From the NCBI GenBank assembly GCA_964635715.1, contig CAZWNZ010000001.1:10358-74357 (forward strand): DNA of 64,000 nucleotides, in the 5' to 3' direction. The translations under genes and the position numbers were made by a program. Of the stretch, positions 40,686-49,734 are shown piece by piece. How positions within the stretch are numbered: position 1 is the stretch's first letter; the number at the start of each line of letters is the position of its first letter. The stretch comes from an uncultured Gammaproteobacteria bacterium (GTDB lineage Bacteria; Patescibacteriota; Microgenomatia; UBA8517). The notes below the pieces were generated by a model. The model did not search any database and was not told the origin of the DNA. It saw nothing but the letters and a program-made list of their open reading frames with translations.

Positions 40686-41165
40686 TTATTCTCTCTCGTT
40701 GATAAACTCTACCTTGTTTTTAACCGTGTCATACACTGCAAAGTTTATTCCCATCACCGTTGCTCCGGGACGTATCATTTTGACAGGCGTTTCAACACTT
40801 TCATATTTTGAATGATAATGGCCATTTATTATTAAATCCAATTTTTTACCTCCAAAATATTCCCTATTATCAGATGGTTTATGAGTAATTCCAATACTCC
40901 TTCCACCAATACTAACAATCAAATATTCTTCTCCAAATTGTTTTGCTTTCTTTTTTAAATCACCAACCAGTTCACTATCCACATCTGCATTTCCCAAAAC
41001 TGTATAAAAAGGGATTCCGGAAAGTCTTACCACTTCGGCAGAAGTTGATGTATCCCAATCTCCTGCGTGAATTATGCTGTTTACTCTAATTTTTTTTGCA
41101 AAGCCGGCAATATGCTTAAGATTTGCTATGTTGCCATGACTATCCCCAATGATTAGCACCTTCAT
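40686..41165 (-). CDS. YfcE/MJ0936-type metallophosphoesterase
   Basis: GDSHGN, HAGD, GNAD, GHYH. Confidence 0.88.
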   Translation of the reverse strand: MKVLIIGDSHGNIANLKHIAGFAKKIRVNSIIHAGDWDTSTSAEVVRLSGIPFYTVLGNADVDSELVGDLKKKAKQFGEEYLIVSIGGRSIGITHKPSDNREYFGGKKLDLIINGHYHSKYESVETPVKMIRPGATVMGINFAVYDTVKNKVEFINERE

Positions 41166-41180
41166 TCAACCTATTGTATA

Positions 41181-42227
41181 TTACTGTGGCAAAAACTCTT
41201 TGACATTTTGTGAGGTCACATGAACACTTTGCGCTTTTCCTTCAACCATCATTCTAGCAACTTTCCTTACAACTCCATCAACGTTTCGTTCAAGTGTACG
41301 AATTCCGGCATCGTACCCTAAAGGCCTGACAATATTTGCCCAAACATCGTCATCTATTGTCAACGTTCCCGACGGAAGTCCTGCTGCTTTCATAGCAGAA
41401 GGAAGTATATATTTTTGTGCAATGGTAACCTTCTCCTGGTCAGTATAGGAAGGCATTGCAATAGGCTCAAGTCTATCCATAACAGCTGTAGCTATGTTTG
41501 TGGTATTGTTGGCAGTTGCTATAAAGAGTGCTTCCGACAAGTCGAATGGAAAATCGATATAGTGATCGGTAAAAGCATGATTTTGTTTAGGATCAAGAAG
41601 TTCAACCAAAACACCCATTATTGAACTTCTTCCTTCATCAGTTACTCTATCAATCTCATCTAAAAGTACTACGGGATTTTTGCTTTGGGTATCCCGCAGT
41701 GCTTTAATAATTTTCCCCGGCTCTGCTTCAGGATGCATTCTACTCTGTCCGCGAAGGTCGAGAGGATCTCCCATTCCACCAAAAGGAATTCTGGCAATCG
41801 GACGTCCCAAAGCCTCCGCAATTGAATATGCAATTGTTGTTTTTCCTGTACCCACCAGACCCACAAAACACAAAATTGGTGCACGGTAAACATCCGCTCC
41901 TTCACCGCGTTCCTGTTTTAATTTCATAACACTCATGTATTCCAAAACACGGGTCTTAATATCAGCAAGGCCAAAGTGGTGTTTTTCCAAAATTACTTTT
42001 GCATTTTCCAGGTCCAGTGTGTCCTGCGTCCTTTTATTCCATGGGAGAAACGTAATCCAATCGATATACTTTTCCATCCTATCGTACTCAGGCAGAAATG
42101 ATGATGAGCTGGTAAGCTTTGAGAGCTGATTGAGACGGGTTAAAACCATCTCACGAAGTTTATCCGGCAAATCGGCAGTTTTAATTTTCTCAATTAAAGT
42201 AGTAATTTCCTGGGCAGCAGAATCCAT
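41181..42227 (-). CDS. Lon-family AAA+ ATPase module lacking the protease domain
   Basis: HFGLADIKTRVLE, GLVGTGKTT, LLDEIDR, DHYIDFPFDLS; ends without the Ser-Lys protease domain. Confidence 0.88.
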   Translation of the reverse strand: MDSAAQEITTLIEKIKTADLPDKLREMVLTRLNQLSKLTSSSSFLPEYDRMEKYIDWITFLPWNKRTQDTLDLENAKVILEKHHFGLADIKTRVLEYMSVMKLKQERGEGADVYRAPILCFVGLVGTGKTTIAYSIAEALGRPIARIPFGGMGDPLDLRGQSRMHPEAEPGKIIKALRDTQSKNPVVLLDEIDRVTDEGRSSIMGVLVELLDPKQNHAFTDHYIDFPFDLSEALFIATANNTTNIATAVMDRLEPIAMPSYTDQEKVTIAQKYILPSAMKAAGLPSGTLTIDDDVWANIVRPLGYDAGIRTLERNVDGVVRKVARMMVEGKAQSVHVTSQNVKEFLPQ

Positions 42228-42353
42228 AATTTTTAATTATCAATTATCAATTTACATTGAATTTACAATGAATTCAATTTCCAAACGATTTGAAAATTTA
42301 AAAAATGAAAATTTGTTGAAAATTGCAAACTGAAAACTGAAAATTACTTTTGT

Positions 42354-44696
42354 TTAGAAGTCTTTCTTCTCGGAGACTAATCTACTGGTTGGAAAATGGG
42401 GCCCACCCGATCTGTCTGAATTTGATGAAAAACCGCTTCTTCTGTCTCCTCCACCGAATCCGCCTCGGGAAACACCCCTGTCTCCACCTCTTGAAAAGCC
42501 GCCCCGGGAACCACCCCTTGAAAATCCACCACGACTTCCTCCACCGAATCCGCCTCGGGAACCACCCCTGTCTCCACCAAAACCTCCGCGTGGCCTTTCT
42601 TCTCTGGGCTTGTCCTTAGTAGGATCCATATTCATTGAAAGATTGATTCTTCCTTGATCGTCAACTTCTTTTACTCTAACTTGAACTTTTTGCCCAATGT
42701 GAACAACATCCCCAGCATCTTTTACAAATCCTTCCTGACCCATGTCAGTTACATGAACCATTCCATCTTTTCCGGGAAGTATATTTACAAAAGCTCCAAA
42801 AGACATCAATCTTACAACTTCTCCTTCATAAATTTCTCCAGCTTTAACTTCTTTTGCAAAACCGGTAACCCAGGCAATTGCCTTCTCCATCTTTTCTGGA
42901 TCTACTCCGGAAACACTAACACCTCCGTCGTCATTTACGTCAACTTGAGTTCCTGTATCCGCCATCAACTTCTTGATATTCTTGCCGCTTGGCCCTATGA
43001 ATTCTCCAATTCTATCAACAGGAATTTTTACAACCTTAATCTTTGGGGCATATTCTGAAACTGTTTTTCGGGATTCTGGAAGAGTTTCAATGATTTTTTT
43101 CATTATCTCGGCCCTTGCCTCTTTTGCTTGTGCAAGTCCCTTTTCCAAAACATCGGAAGTAATATTAAGAGCTTTGCAGTCCATTTGAAGAGCTGTAATA
43201 CCGACATTCGTTCCCGCAACTTTGAAGTCCATGTCTCCATTGAAATCCTCAATTCCCATGAGATCTGTCAAAACTGCAAAATTCTTTTCATCTTCTATAA
43301 TAAGACCCATTGCAATTCCGGCAACAGGGGCCTTAATCGGAACTCCGGCATCCATCAAAGAAAGTGTTGAACCAACAACTGACGCCATTGAAGTGGATCC
43401 ATTTGAACTCATAACTTCAGATACAACTCTTATTGCATAAGGAAACTCTTCCTGTGAAGGAATAACGGGCAAAAGTGCTCGTTCGGCAAGAGCACCATGT
43501 CCAATTTCACGCCTATTTGGTTGCCCAACACGGCCAGTTTCTCCTGTTGCATAAGGAGGCATGGAATAGTGGTGCATATAATGTTTTTCTTCTTCACCTT
43601 CGGCACTTTCCAAAAGCTGTCCCATGGATTCGCTCCCAAGTGTTGCAACTGAAAGAACTTGAGTTTGACCTCTGGAAAATATCGCACTACCATGGGTTCT
43701 TGGTAAAATTCCCACTTCTCCGTTTAATTTCCTAAGTTCGGTTACTTTTCTACCATCCGGTCTTATTCCTTTTTTCAATATTTGTTCTCTTATATAGTCT
43801 TTCTTCATATGATCGACTATTTCTAAAACAAACTTTTTGTCTTCTTCCTTGTCAAACTGAGTTTTTATTGCTTCAACAAATTCTGAGTATTCGTTAGATG
43901 GGCCATCATGATTGGCCATATTCTTAACCAGACCGGCCATTTTGTCTCCAACTAACTTTTTAACTTGATTTTCAAGATCTGCCGAAGGCTTTATCTCCTT
44001 ATAAACTTCTCTTTCTACACCCTTTTCTTTAGCTAGCTCTTCAATCAATTTAAGAACTGCTTTACTTTCTTTTTCAGCAAACTTGATCCCACCAATAATT
44101 TGTTCTTCTGTAACCTCCTTGGCTCCTGCCTCAACCATCAAAACAGCATCCTTGGTTGAAGAAACTGTCAAATCCATCGGTGAAGTTTCAAAATCAGTGG
44201 AAGTTGGATTCACTATATATTTATCATCCTTCATTCCGATAGACAGAGGAGCAATCGGGCCTTTCCAGGGTAGAGGGCTAAGGTGAATTGCGGCACTTCC
44301 CGCAATGGCACCCAATATCTTAGGGTCATTTTCTCCATCAACAGAAAGAACCATAATAACAAGTTGAACTTCTTTTTTATAAGTCTTAGGGAAAAGAGGA
44401 CGAATCGAACGATCGATTAAGCGTCCTGCTAAAATCTCTTCATCTGTTGGTCTACCCTCACGCTTTACCCAGCGGCTGCCTTTAATACGGCCTCCTGCAT
44501 AAAGCCTTTCCTGGTATTCAACAGAAAGTGGAAAATAATCCATTTCCATTTTAAGAGGAGCCACAGCAACAGTAGCTAAAACGACCGTGTCTCCAATGCG
44601 AGCCATTACTTCGCCAGCGGCTTGTTCAGCAAGGTTACCTGTGGTTAAGGTAAGTGTACGTCCACCTAATTCGATGGACTTCTCAATTTTTTTCAT
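42354..44696 (-). CDS. pnp: Polyribonucleotide nucleotidyltransferase with RGG-rich tail
   Basis: RLIDRSIRPLF, RREIGHGALAERA, GDMDFKVAGT, KH and S1 domains. Confidence 0.98.
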   Translation of the reverse strand: MKKIEKSIELGGRTLTLTTGNLAEQAAGEVMARIGDTVVLATVAVAPLKMEMDYFPLSVEYQERLYAGGRIKGSRWVKREGRPTDEEILAGRLIDRSIRPLFPKTYKKEVQLVIMVLSVDGENDPKILGAIAGSAAIHLSPLPWKGPIAPLSIGMKDDKYIVNPTSTDFETSPMDLTVSSTKDAVLMVEAGAKEVTEEQIIGGIKFAEKESKAVLKLIEELAKEKGVEREVYKEIKPSADLENQVKKLVGDKMAGLVKNMANHDGPSNEYSEFVEAIKTQFDKEEDKKFVLEIVDHMKKDYIREQILKKGIRPDGRKVTELRKLNGEVGILPRTHGSAIFSRGQTQVLSVATLGSESMGQLLESAEGEEEKHYMHHYSMPPYATGETGRVGQPNRREIGHGALAERALLPVIPSQEEFPYAIRVVSEVMSSNGSTSMASVVGSTLSLMDAGVPIKAPVAGIAMGLIIEDEKNFAVLTDLMGIEDFNGDMDFKVAGTNVGITALQMDCKALNITSDVLEKGLAQAKEARAEIMKKIIETLPESRKTVSEYAPKIKVVKIPVDRIGEFIGPSGKNIKKLMADTGTQVDVNDDGGVSVSGVDPEKMEKAIAWVTGFAKEVKAGEIYEGEVVRLMSFGAFVNILPGKDGMVHVTDMGQEGFVKDAGDVVHIGQKVQVRVKEVDDQGRINLSMNMDPTKDKPREERPRGGFGGDRGGSRGGFGGGSRGGFSRGGSRGGFSRGGDRGVSRGGFGGGDRRSGFSSNSDRSGGPHFPTSRLVSEKKDF

Positions 44697-44715
44697 AATT
44701 TAAATTTATTTAAGT

Positions 44716-44776
44716 TATATAAAACTTATCTTCTTGCAAATTTATTTGCATAACATTAGTGACAAAGTTTTATATT
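44716..44776. repeat. ~62-bp dispersed element with terminal inverted repeats (copy 2)
   Basis: TATATAAAACTTATC..TTGCAAA..TGCA..AAGTTTTATAT. Confidence 0.7.
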
Positions 44777-44788
44777 ATTATTCAATTT

Positions 44789-45058
44789 TTATTTATCTAA
44801 CTTTAACTCTGTGAGGAGTTTTTTGTAGCGTTCTTCATCGCGTCTGTGTAAGTAGCTCAGGAGTCTTCTCCTTTTGGCTACCATAGAAAGAAGCCCGCGA
44901 CGGCTATGAACATCTTTTTTGTGTTCTTTAAGGTGTAATACCAATTTGTCGATTTTAATGGAAAGAAGGGCAACTTGAACTTCAGGAGAACCTGTATCGC
45001 CTTTTTCTCTGGCAAATTTCTTTATTACGTCTACTTTTTCGTCTTTAGCTAATGCCAT
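44789..45058 (-). CDS. rpsO: 30S ribosomal protein S15
   Basis: DTGSPEVQVALL, HKKDVHSRRGLL. Confidence 0.98.
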   Translation of the reverse strand: MALAKDEKVDVIKKFAREKGDTGSPEVQVALLSIKIDKLVLHLKEHKKDVHSRRGLLSMVAKRRRLLSYLHRRDEERYKKLLTELKLDK

Positions 45059-45120
45059 TTTAGTGTCATGAGAATCAATGTAAGGCTATTTCAAGCCAAA
45101 CTTTGATTTCATCTTTGTGT

Positions 45121-45149
45121 ATTATATCAGGCTTCGAATCAAAACGCAA
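45121..45149 (-). promoter_or_regulatory. Sigma70 promoter for rpsO-pnp
   Basis: TTGCGT-17 nt-TATAAT with extended TGn. Confidence 0.7.
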
Positions 45150-45152
45150 AGG

Positions 45153-46112
45153 TTAACTTACGTTAGTCCCTTTAAAAATCTTTGGCTGGAGCCAATCGTC
45201 GGGAGGATTAATATCAGGCGTTTCTACGCCCATTTCTCCTGAAGGTTTGTTGGGCTGAGTTTCAACCTGTGCAATAGGAGTCACTTGTTGCACTTGCTTA
45301 CTGGCCGTGACTTCGGCTGAGACTGGCTCTACTTTTTGTACTTGTTCGCCATATGGTCTTGCTGGAATCGAGCCGACAGGAAAGCCAGCCGGACTTAATC
45401 TGGTCCTGGGTGATCTTTGTGCATTATTCCTCAAAAGATAGGCGAAAGTCTCAAATGTATCAGCAGTAACTTCCGGATTTGCAAAGTTGCTGCTTCCATC
45501 TTCAATTCCCATAACTAAATTTGTTGCCACATCGGTATCTACTGTTAATCCATTATCCTTTATTAAAACCGCCATCAGTTCGCTTGTTGTGGCACTTGGC
45601 TTTGCAAAGGATAAAATTTCACGCTTAGCTTCCAAGGCTCTTGTTCCTATGTGTACCACTTTTGAATTGGCCAAATCGGTCAAAGACAAAATTGGAAAAT
45701 GTGTTTCATTTGCCCCACCGATTAAAATTATCAAATCGGCTGCAGTTCCTGAGTAATCAATTGTTATCTGTTCCTTCTGCGGTGCGGTAAAACCGCTTTT
45801 TGGAGTGACTGTAAGTTTAAATTCTCCACCTTCAATATCGTAACCAACTTTATCTATGTTTGCAGCTTCATAATTAGCAAACTTAATAGTTAGATTTTTC
45901 TTTCCTAATTCTTGGCTTATTTTATTTATCCCAATAAGTCTATTAAATCCCACCATCATTGGTGTCGGGCAAAAAATGCTAATATCTTTTCTTTCATGAA
46001 TTGAAAGATAAAGAGCAAGACCTGCCGCAACTTGATCAAAATATGGTTTGGTTGGCAATGCTATGAGAACAGAGGACGCCGAATCAACTAATGATAAAAA
46101 ATTATTTTCCAT
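45153..46112 (-). CDS. Degenerate DHH/NrnA-like protein
   Basis: DQVAAGLAL, SELMAVLI..VATNLVMGIEDGSSNF pattern; canonical DHH replaced (VHIGTR). Confidence 0.6.
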   Translation of the reverse strand: MENNFLSLVDSASSVLIALPTKPYFDQVAAGLALYLSIHERKDISIFCPTPMMVGFNRLIGINKISQELGKKNLTIKFANYEAANIDKVGYDIEGGEFKLTVTPKSGFTAPQKEQITIDYSGTAADLIILIGGANETHFPILSLTDLANSKVVHIGTRALEAKREILSFAKPSATTSELMAVLIKDNGLTVDTDVATNLVMGIEDGSSNFANPEVTADTFETFAYLLRNNAQRSPRTRLSPAGFPVGSIPARPYGEQVQKVEPVSAEVTASKQVQQVTPIAQVETQPNKPSGEMGVETPDINPPDDWLQPKIFKGTNVS

Positions 46113-46152
46113 TTTGTGGTAAGTAATCAATATTGGAGCAGTTTTTTTCCAA

Positions 46153-47580
46153 TTACTTAGTGACCGATACTATCACGTCTCCGATAGTAAAATCAAGTTG
46201 AGGATCAATGATCACACCAAATTCTTCCGATTGACCTACGGATGGGATCTCCTGTTTTTGTTTTCTTATTGAGACAGCTTTTCCTTTTCCAATTTCTTTT
46301 TCTCCTCTTTGCAAAACAAGCAAGTCGCCCTTTGTAATTCTTCCGGAAACAACTTTACATCCTGCAACCTTTTTATTATCAAACGGGAAAGATGCAAGAA
46401 CTTCCGCTCTTCCAAGAATCTCAACCCTTCCTTTTTTTAAAATCTCTTCAAGTTTTTGCAAAAGCTCATAAATAATTTGAAATCTTTCAACTTTAACTTT
46501 TTCCGCCTCGGCAAGCTTAACTATGTCTGCAGAAATTTTTGATTCGAAGGCAAAAACGTAAGCATTGCCTGTTTTTGCATCAATAACATCCGAACATGTA
46601 ACATCCCCGACACCTTGCCCGACAACAACTATTTTGGGCGGAAGTGAGGCAATAATTGCTTCCAAAGAACCGGCGTTATCGGCTTTAATGATTACAGGTA
46701 TCTCGTCATTAGAAAGCCTTCTTAAATCAAAGGTTCCACGGATTTTTTTCTCGATCTTTTGGGGTTCGTGAGGTTCTTTTGTAATTGAAACTCCAACAGA
46801 GGGCACTTCAGAAAAGCCACATATTCTGGCAGGATCCCCTGGCAAGACTTCCTTAATAGATTTTCCTTTGTCATCAAACAAAGCCCTTATTTTGCAACAT
46901 ATTTTTTCGGCATAGACTGTCTCACCAACTTTCAAACTTCCATTTCTAACAACCACCGAGGCTACTGGTCCCATTTTATCTTTCCCGGATTCGATAACTA
47001 CAGCTTCCAGTGGGGCATTTATATTCCCTTTCAATTCGGCTACATCTGCCATAAGAATAAGTATTTCCAAAAGTTCGGAGATTCCATTGTTTGTTTTTGC
47101 TGAAACCGAGATAAATGGAACATCGCCCCCTCTGCCCTCGAAGAATACACCTTCTTTTTCCAATTCGCCTTGAAGGTGTTCGGAGCTTGCACCAGCAACA
47201 TCAGATTTTGTTCCGGCTACCACAAATGGAATTCCGGCCTCTTTAATAATTTCGAGGGCTTCCATTGTTTGTGGTTTTACACCATCATCTTGGGCAACAA
47301 CCAAGATAGCCAAATCAGCTACTTTAGCACCTCTTCCACGCATCTTAGAAAATGCTGCATGACCTGGAGTATCTATGAAAACGATAGAACTAGTTTTCCC
47401 TTCTGCTGCAGTAAAATCAATTTTTGAAGCACCAATTTTTTGAGTGATTCCACCCGCCTCGCGTGCAGTAATATTGGTTTTTCGAATCGTATCAAGAAGT
47501 GTGGTTTTTCCATGATCAACATGCCCAAGTACTACTACGATAGGCGAACGACTATTTATCTCTGAAATATTTTTATCCAT
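46153..47580 (-). CDS. infB: Translation initiation factor IF-2 (short, no N-terminal extension)
   Basis: [34 protein letters not shown]. Confidence 0.96.
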   Translation of the reverse strand: MDKNISEINSRSPIVVVLGHVDHGKTTLLDTIRKTNITAREAGGITQKIGASKIDFTAAEGKTSSIVFIDTPGHAAFSKMRGRGAKVADLAILVVAQDDGVKPQTMEALEIIKEAGIPFVVAGTKSDVAGASSEHLQGELEKEGVFFEGRGGDVPFISVSAKTNNGISELLEILILMADVAELKGNINAPLEAVVIESGKDKMGPVASVVVRNGSLKVGETVYAEKICCKIRALFDDKGKSIKEVLPGDPARICGFSEVPSVGVSITKEPHEPQKIEKKIRGTFDLRRLSNDEIPVIIKADNAGSLEAIIASLPPKIVVVGQGVGDVTCSDVIDAKTGNAYVFAFESKISADIVKLAEAEKVKVERFQIIYELLQKLEEILKKGRVEILGRAEVLASFPFDNKKVAGCKVVSGRITKGDLLVLQRGEKEIGKGKAVSIRKQKQEIPSVGQSEEFGVIIDPQLDFTIGDVIVSVTK

Positions 47581-47680
47581 AGTTTTATTTATTCTAAAAG
47601 TAAGAATCTAGTAGCTAGAAGTTAGTAGCTAGGAGTATCAAAAAGTTTGAAGGTGAAAAAATAATTTGATAGTTTTCATT

Positions 47681-48847
47681 TTACTCAGACTTTTTTGGTT
47701 CTTCTGCCACCTCGCCCTCTGACTGACTAGATGTCTCACTGTTTTGTTCCGATTCAACTTTTTCTTCTTTTATTGGTTCTTCTTTTATTGGGTCTTCCTT
47801 TACCTCTTGCCCTTCACCAATCACTTCGACAGCTTCACCGTTGCCCTCTACTTCAATTCTGTAGCCGGTCAATTTTGCAGTCAATCTTACATTTTGCCCG
47901 TCTTTTCCGATAGCAACTGAGAGCTGATCTTCAGGAGCCGTTACTCTTGCCGTCTTTGTTTCCTCATTAATCGAAACAGACAAATCTTCAGCTGGCGAAA
48001 GAGAAGATTTTATGAGCTCGGCGACATCTTCACTCCAGGAAATGACATCAACTCTTTCTCCACCGATTTCATTTGTAACAGCCTGAACTCTGACACCCTT
48101 TTGCCCTACACAACTTCCCACAGGGTCCACGCCGGTTTGTTCCGAAAAAACTGCAACTTTTGTCCTAACACCGGCTTCTCTGGCAATTGCTTTTATTACT
48201 ACTGAACCAGATCCTATCTCAGGCACCTCTCTGGCAAAAAGTTTAGCTACGAATTCAGGTGAAGATCTAGACAAAAAGATTTCCTTACCTCTTGGAGTTT
48301 CGTCAATTTCTTTAATTAAAAACGTTAAACGTTGATTCAAATTCAACCTCTCGTTGGGAATCCTATTGTCAACCAAAAGGATCGCTTCGGTTCTTCCCAG
48401 ATCAATTCTGACATTTGGTCCATCGAATCTTAATACCAATCCTGTAACTAAAGATCCCACTTTCTCCTGGAATTCCTCCATAATTACACCTTTTTCAGCC
48501 TCGCGAATTTTTTGATGAATTACCTGCTTTGCAGTTTGAGCCGCAATTCTTCCAAATCCGGGCGGAGTCACATCATGTTTCCCTTTTTTAGCCTCTTTGA
48601 TCTGTTCTTCTGTGGCGTCCTCAGCAGGCAATTCCCACGCAAAAACTTTCGTTTCACCATCCACAGGATCAATAACCGCGTCATAATCAAAACTGTCAAC
48701 TTCGACACCTTGCTCTTTTGCATCTCTCTTGTAAGCGGCAATTATTGCCTGTTTGATTGTTTCTATTATCACGTTGGCGTCTAGCCCACGTTCTGCGGCT
48801 ATTGCTTTTAGCGCTTGGCTAAATTCTGTTCTTGCTGTTTGTTGCAT
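47681..48847 (-). CDS. nusA: Transcription termination factor NusA
   Basis: FGRIAAQTAKQVI, AREAGVRTKVAV, AIGKDGQNVRL. Confidence 0.97.
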   Translation of the reverse strand: MQQTARTEFSQALKAIAAERGLDANVIIETIKQAIIAAYKRDAKEQGVEVDSFDYDAVIDPVDGETKVFAWELPAEDATEEQIKEAKKGKHDVTPPGFGRIAAQTAKQVIHQKIREAEKGVIMEEFQEKVGSLVTGLVLRFDGPNVRIDLGRTEAILLVDNRIPNERLNLNQRLTFLIKEIDETPRGKEIFLSRSSPEFVAKLFAREVPEIGSGSVVIKAIAREAGVRTKVAVFSEQTGVDPVGSCVGQKGVRVQAVTNEIGGERVDVISWSEDVAELIKSSLSPAEDLSVSINEETKTARVTAPEDQLSVAIGKDGQNVRLTAKLTGYRIEVEGNGEAVEVIGEGQEVKEDPIKEEPIKEEKVESEQNSETSSQSEGEVAEEPKKSE

Positions 48848-48947
48848 ATTATTAAAAAAAGGTGGGACGAGTCCCACCAAATCAAATACTCAATTCCAGA
48901 TACAAGTTTAACTCATTAAAGCTAAAAACTCAAGCTACATAAGTAAG

Positions 48948-49118
48948 TTAATTTTGAGTATTAGTCTTCCCGAACATCTGCTGAAGTTCTTTTTCCGTCG
49001 GGTTTCTTTTTTCCTATTCACATTTTTTCATTAACCTGCAAATAGGACAGTCATCAATAATACAATTATTGCTTGATACCATAATGGCGTCACCTACTTT
49101 TTTACTGGATGTTTTCAT
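48948..49118 (-). pseudogene. Small CxxC protein interrupted by a nonsense codon
   Basis: MKTSSKK..DDCPICRLMKKCE*EKRNPTEKELQQMF..; TAG at 49014-49016 with in-frame continuation. Confidence 0.5.
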
Positions 49119-49193
49119 CCTACCGTTTATAAATTTATATCATTCAAATCTGCAAATATTCAAGTGATTATTTTTATGATATATTGAATATAT

Positions 49194-49219
49194 ACTTCAA
49201 TACTATATAGTATTGAAGT
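49194..49219. repeat. Upstream copy of cassette-3 perfect palindrome
   Basis: ACTTCAATACTATATAGTATTGAAGT; 3 nt before the ATG at 49223. Confidence 0.92.
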
Positions 49220-49222
49220 GCT

Positions 49223-49672
49223 ATGACTAAAATTTCAAAATTGCCATTAAGATCTGATGTTTGGAATCGGATTTTTGATTTGTTCGTCAGTACCCTATCC
49301 AACCAAAGAGATAAAAAGAAATTATCAAATTTTATTAATGATTTTTTCTCGCCAACTGAAAGAATAATGTTTGCAAAAAGGTTGGCTATTGCGGTTCTGG
49401 TCGCAAAAGGCCAAGATTATCAAAGTATCCACGAAATTTTGAAAGTAAGTCCACCAACTATTGCAAAACTTAGTTTAAGAATCAAATATATGGGGGAGGG
49501 TTTAAACCCTGTTATTAGAGATATTTTTAAGAGTCAGGCGTTGCAAATTATATGGAAAGAAACTGAAGATCTGTTTGATTTGCCAACAAAAGGTAACTTA
49601 AAATCGCCCGAAAGATTTAAAAGAAAACTTCGAAGAGTGAAGCAAATTAATAAAATGAGATCGGAATTTTAA
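49223..49672 (+). CDS. TrpR/YerC-YecD-like HTH protein (cassette 3)
   Basis: FINDFFSPTERIMFAKRLAIAVLV..DYQSIHEILKVSPPTIAK. Confidence 0.85.
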   Translation: MTKISKLPLRSDVWNRIFDLFVSTLSNQRDKKKLSNFINDFFSPTERIMFAKRLAIAVLVAKGQDYQSIHEILKVSPPTIAKLSLRIKYMGEGLNPVIRDIFKSQALQIIWKETEDLFDLPTKGNLKSPERFKRKLRRVKQINKMRSEF

Positions 49673-49674
49673 CT

Positions 49675-49700
49675 ACTACAATACTATATAGTATTGTAGT
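49675..49700. repeat. Downstream copy of cassette-3 perfect palindrome
   Basis: ACTACAATACTATATAGTATTGTAGT; 2 nt after the stop codon. Confidence 0.92.
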
Positions 49701-49734
49701 TTTTAGGCACAAAATTACATTAATTTCATCAAAT

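Noticed and set aside
44741-44771. Possible dif/Xer site (ATTTGCATAA...)
   Set aside because: Only one arm resembles the XerC site; no TTATGTTAAAT-like XerD arm after a 6-bp spacer
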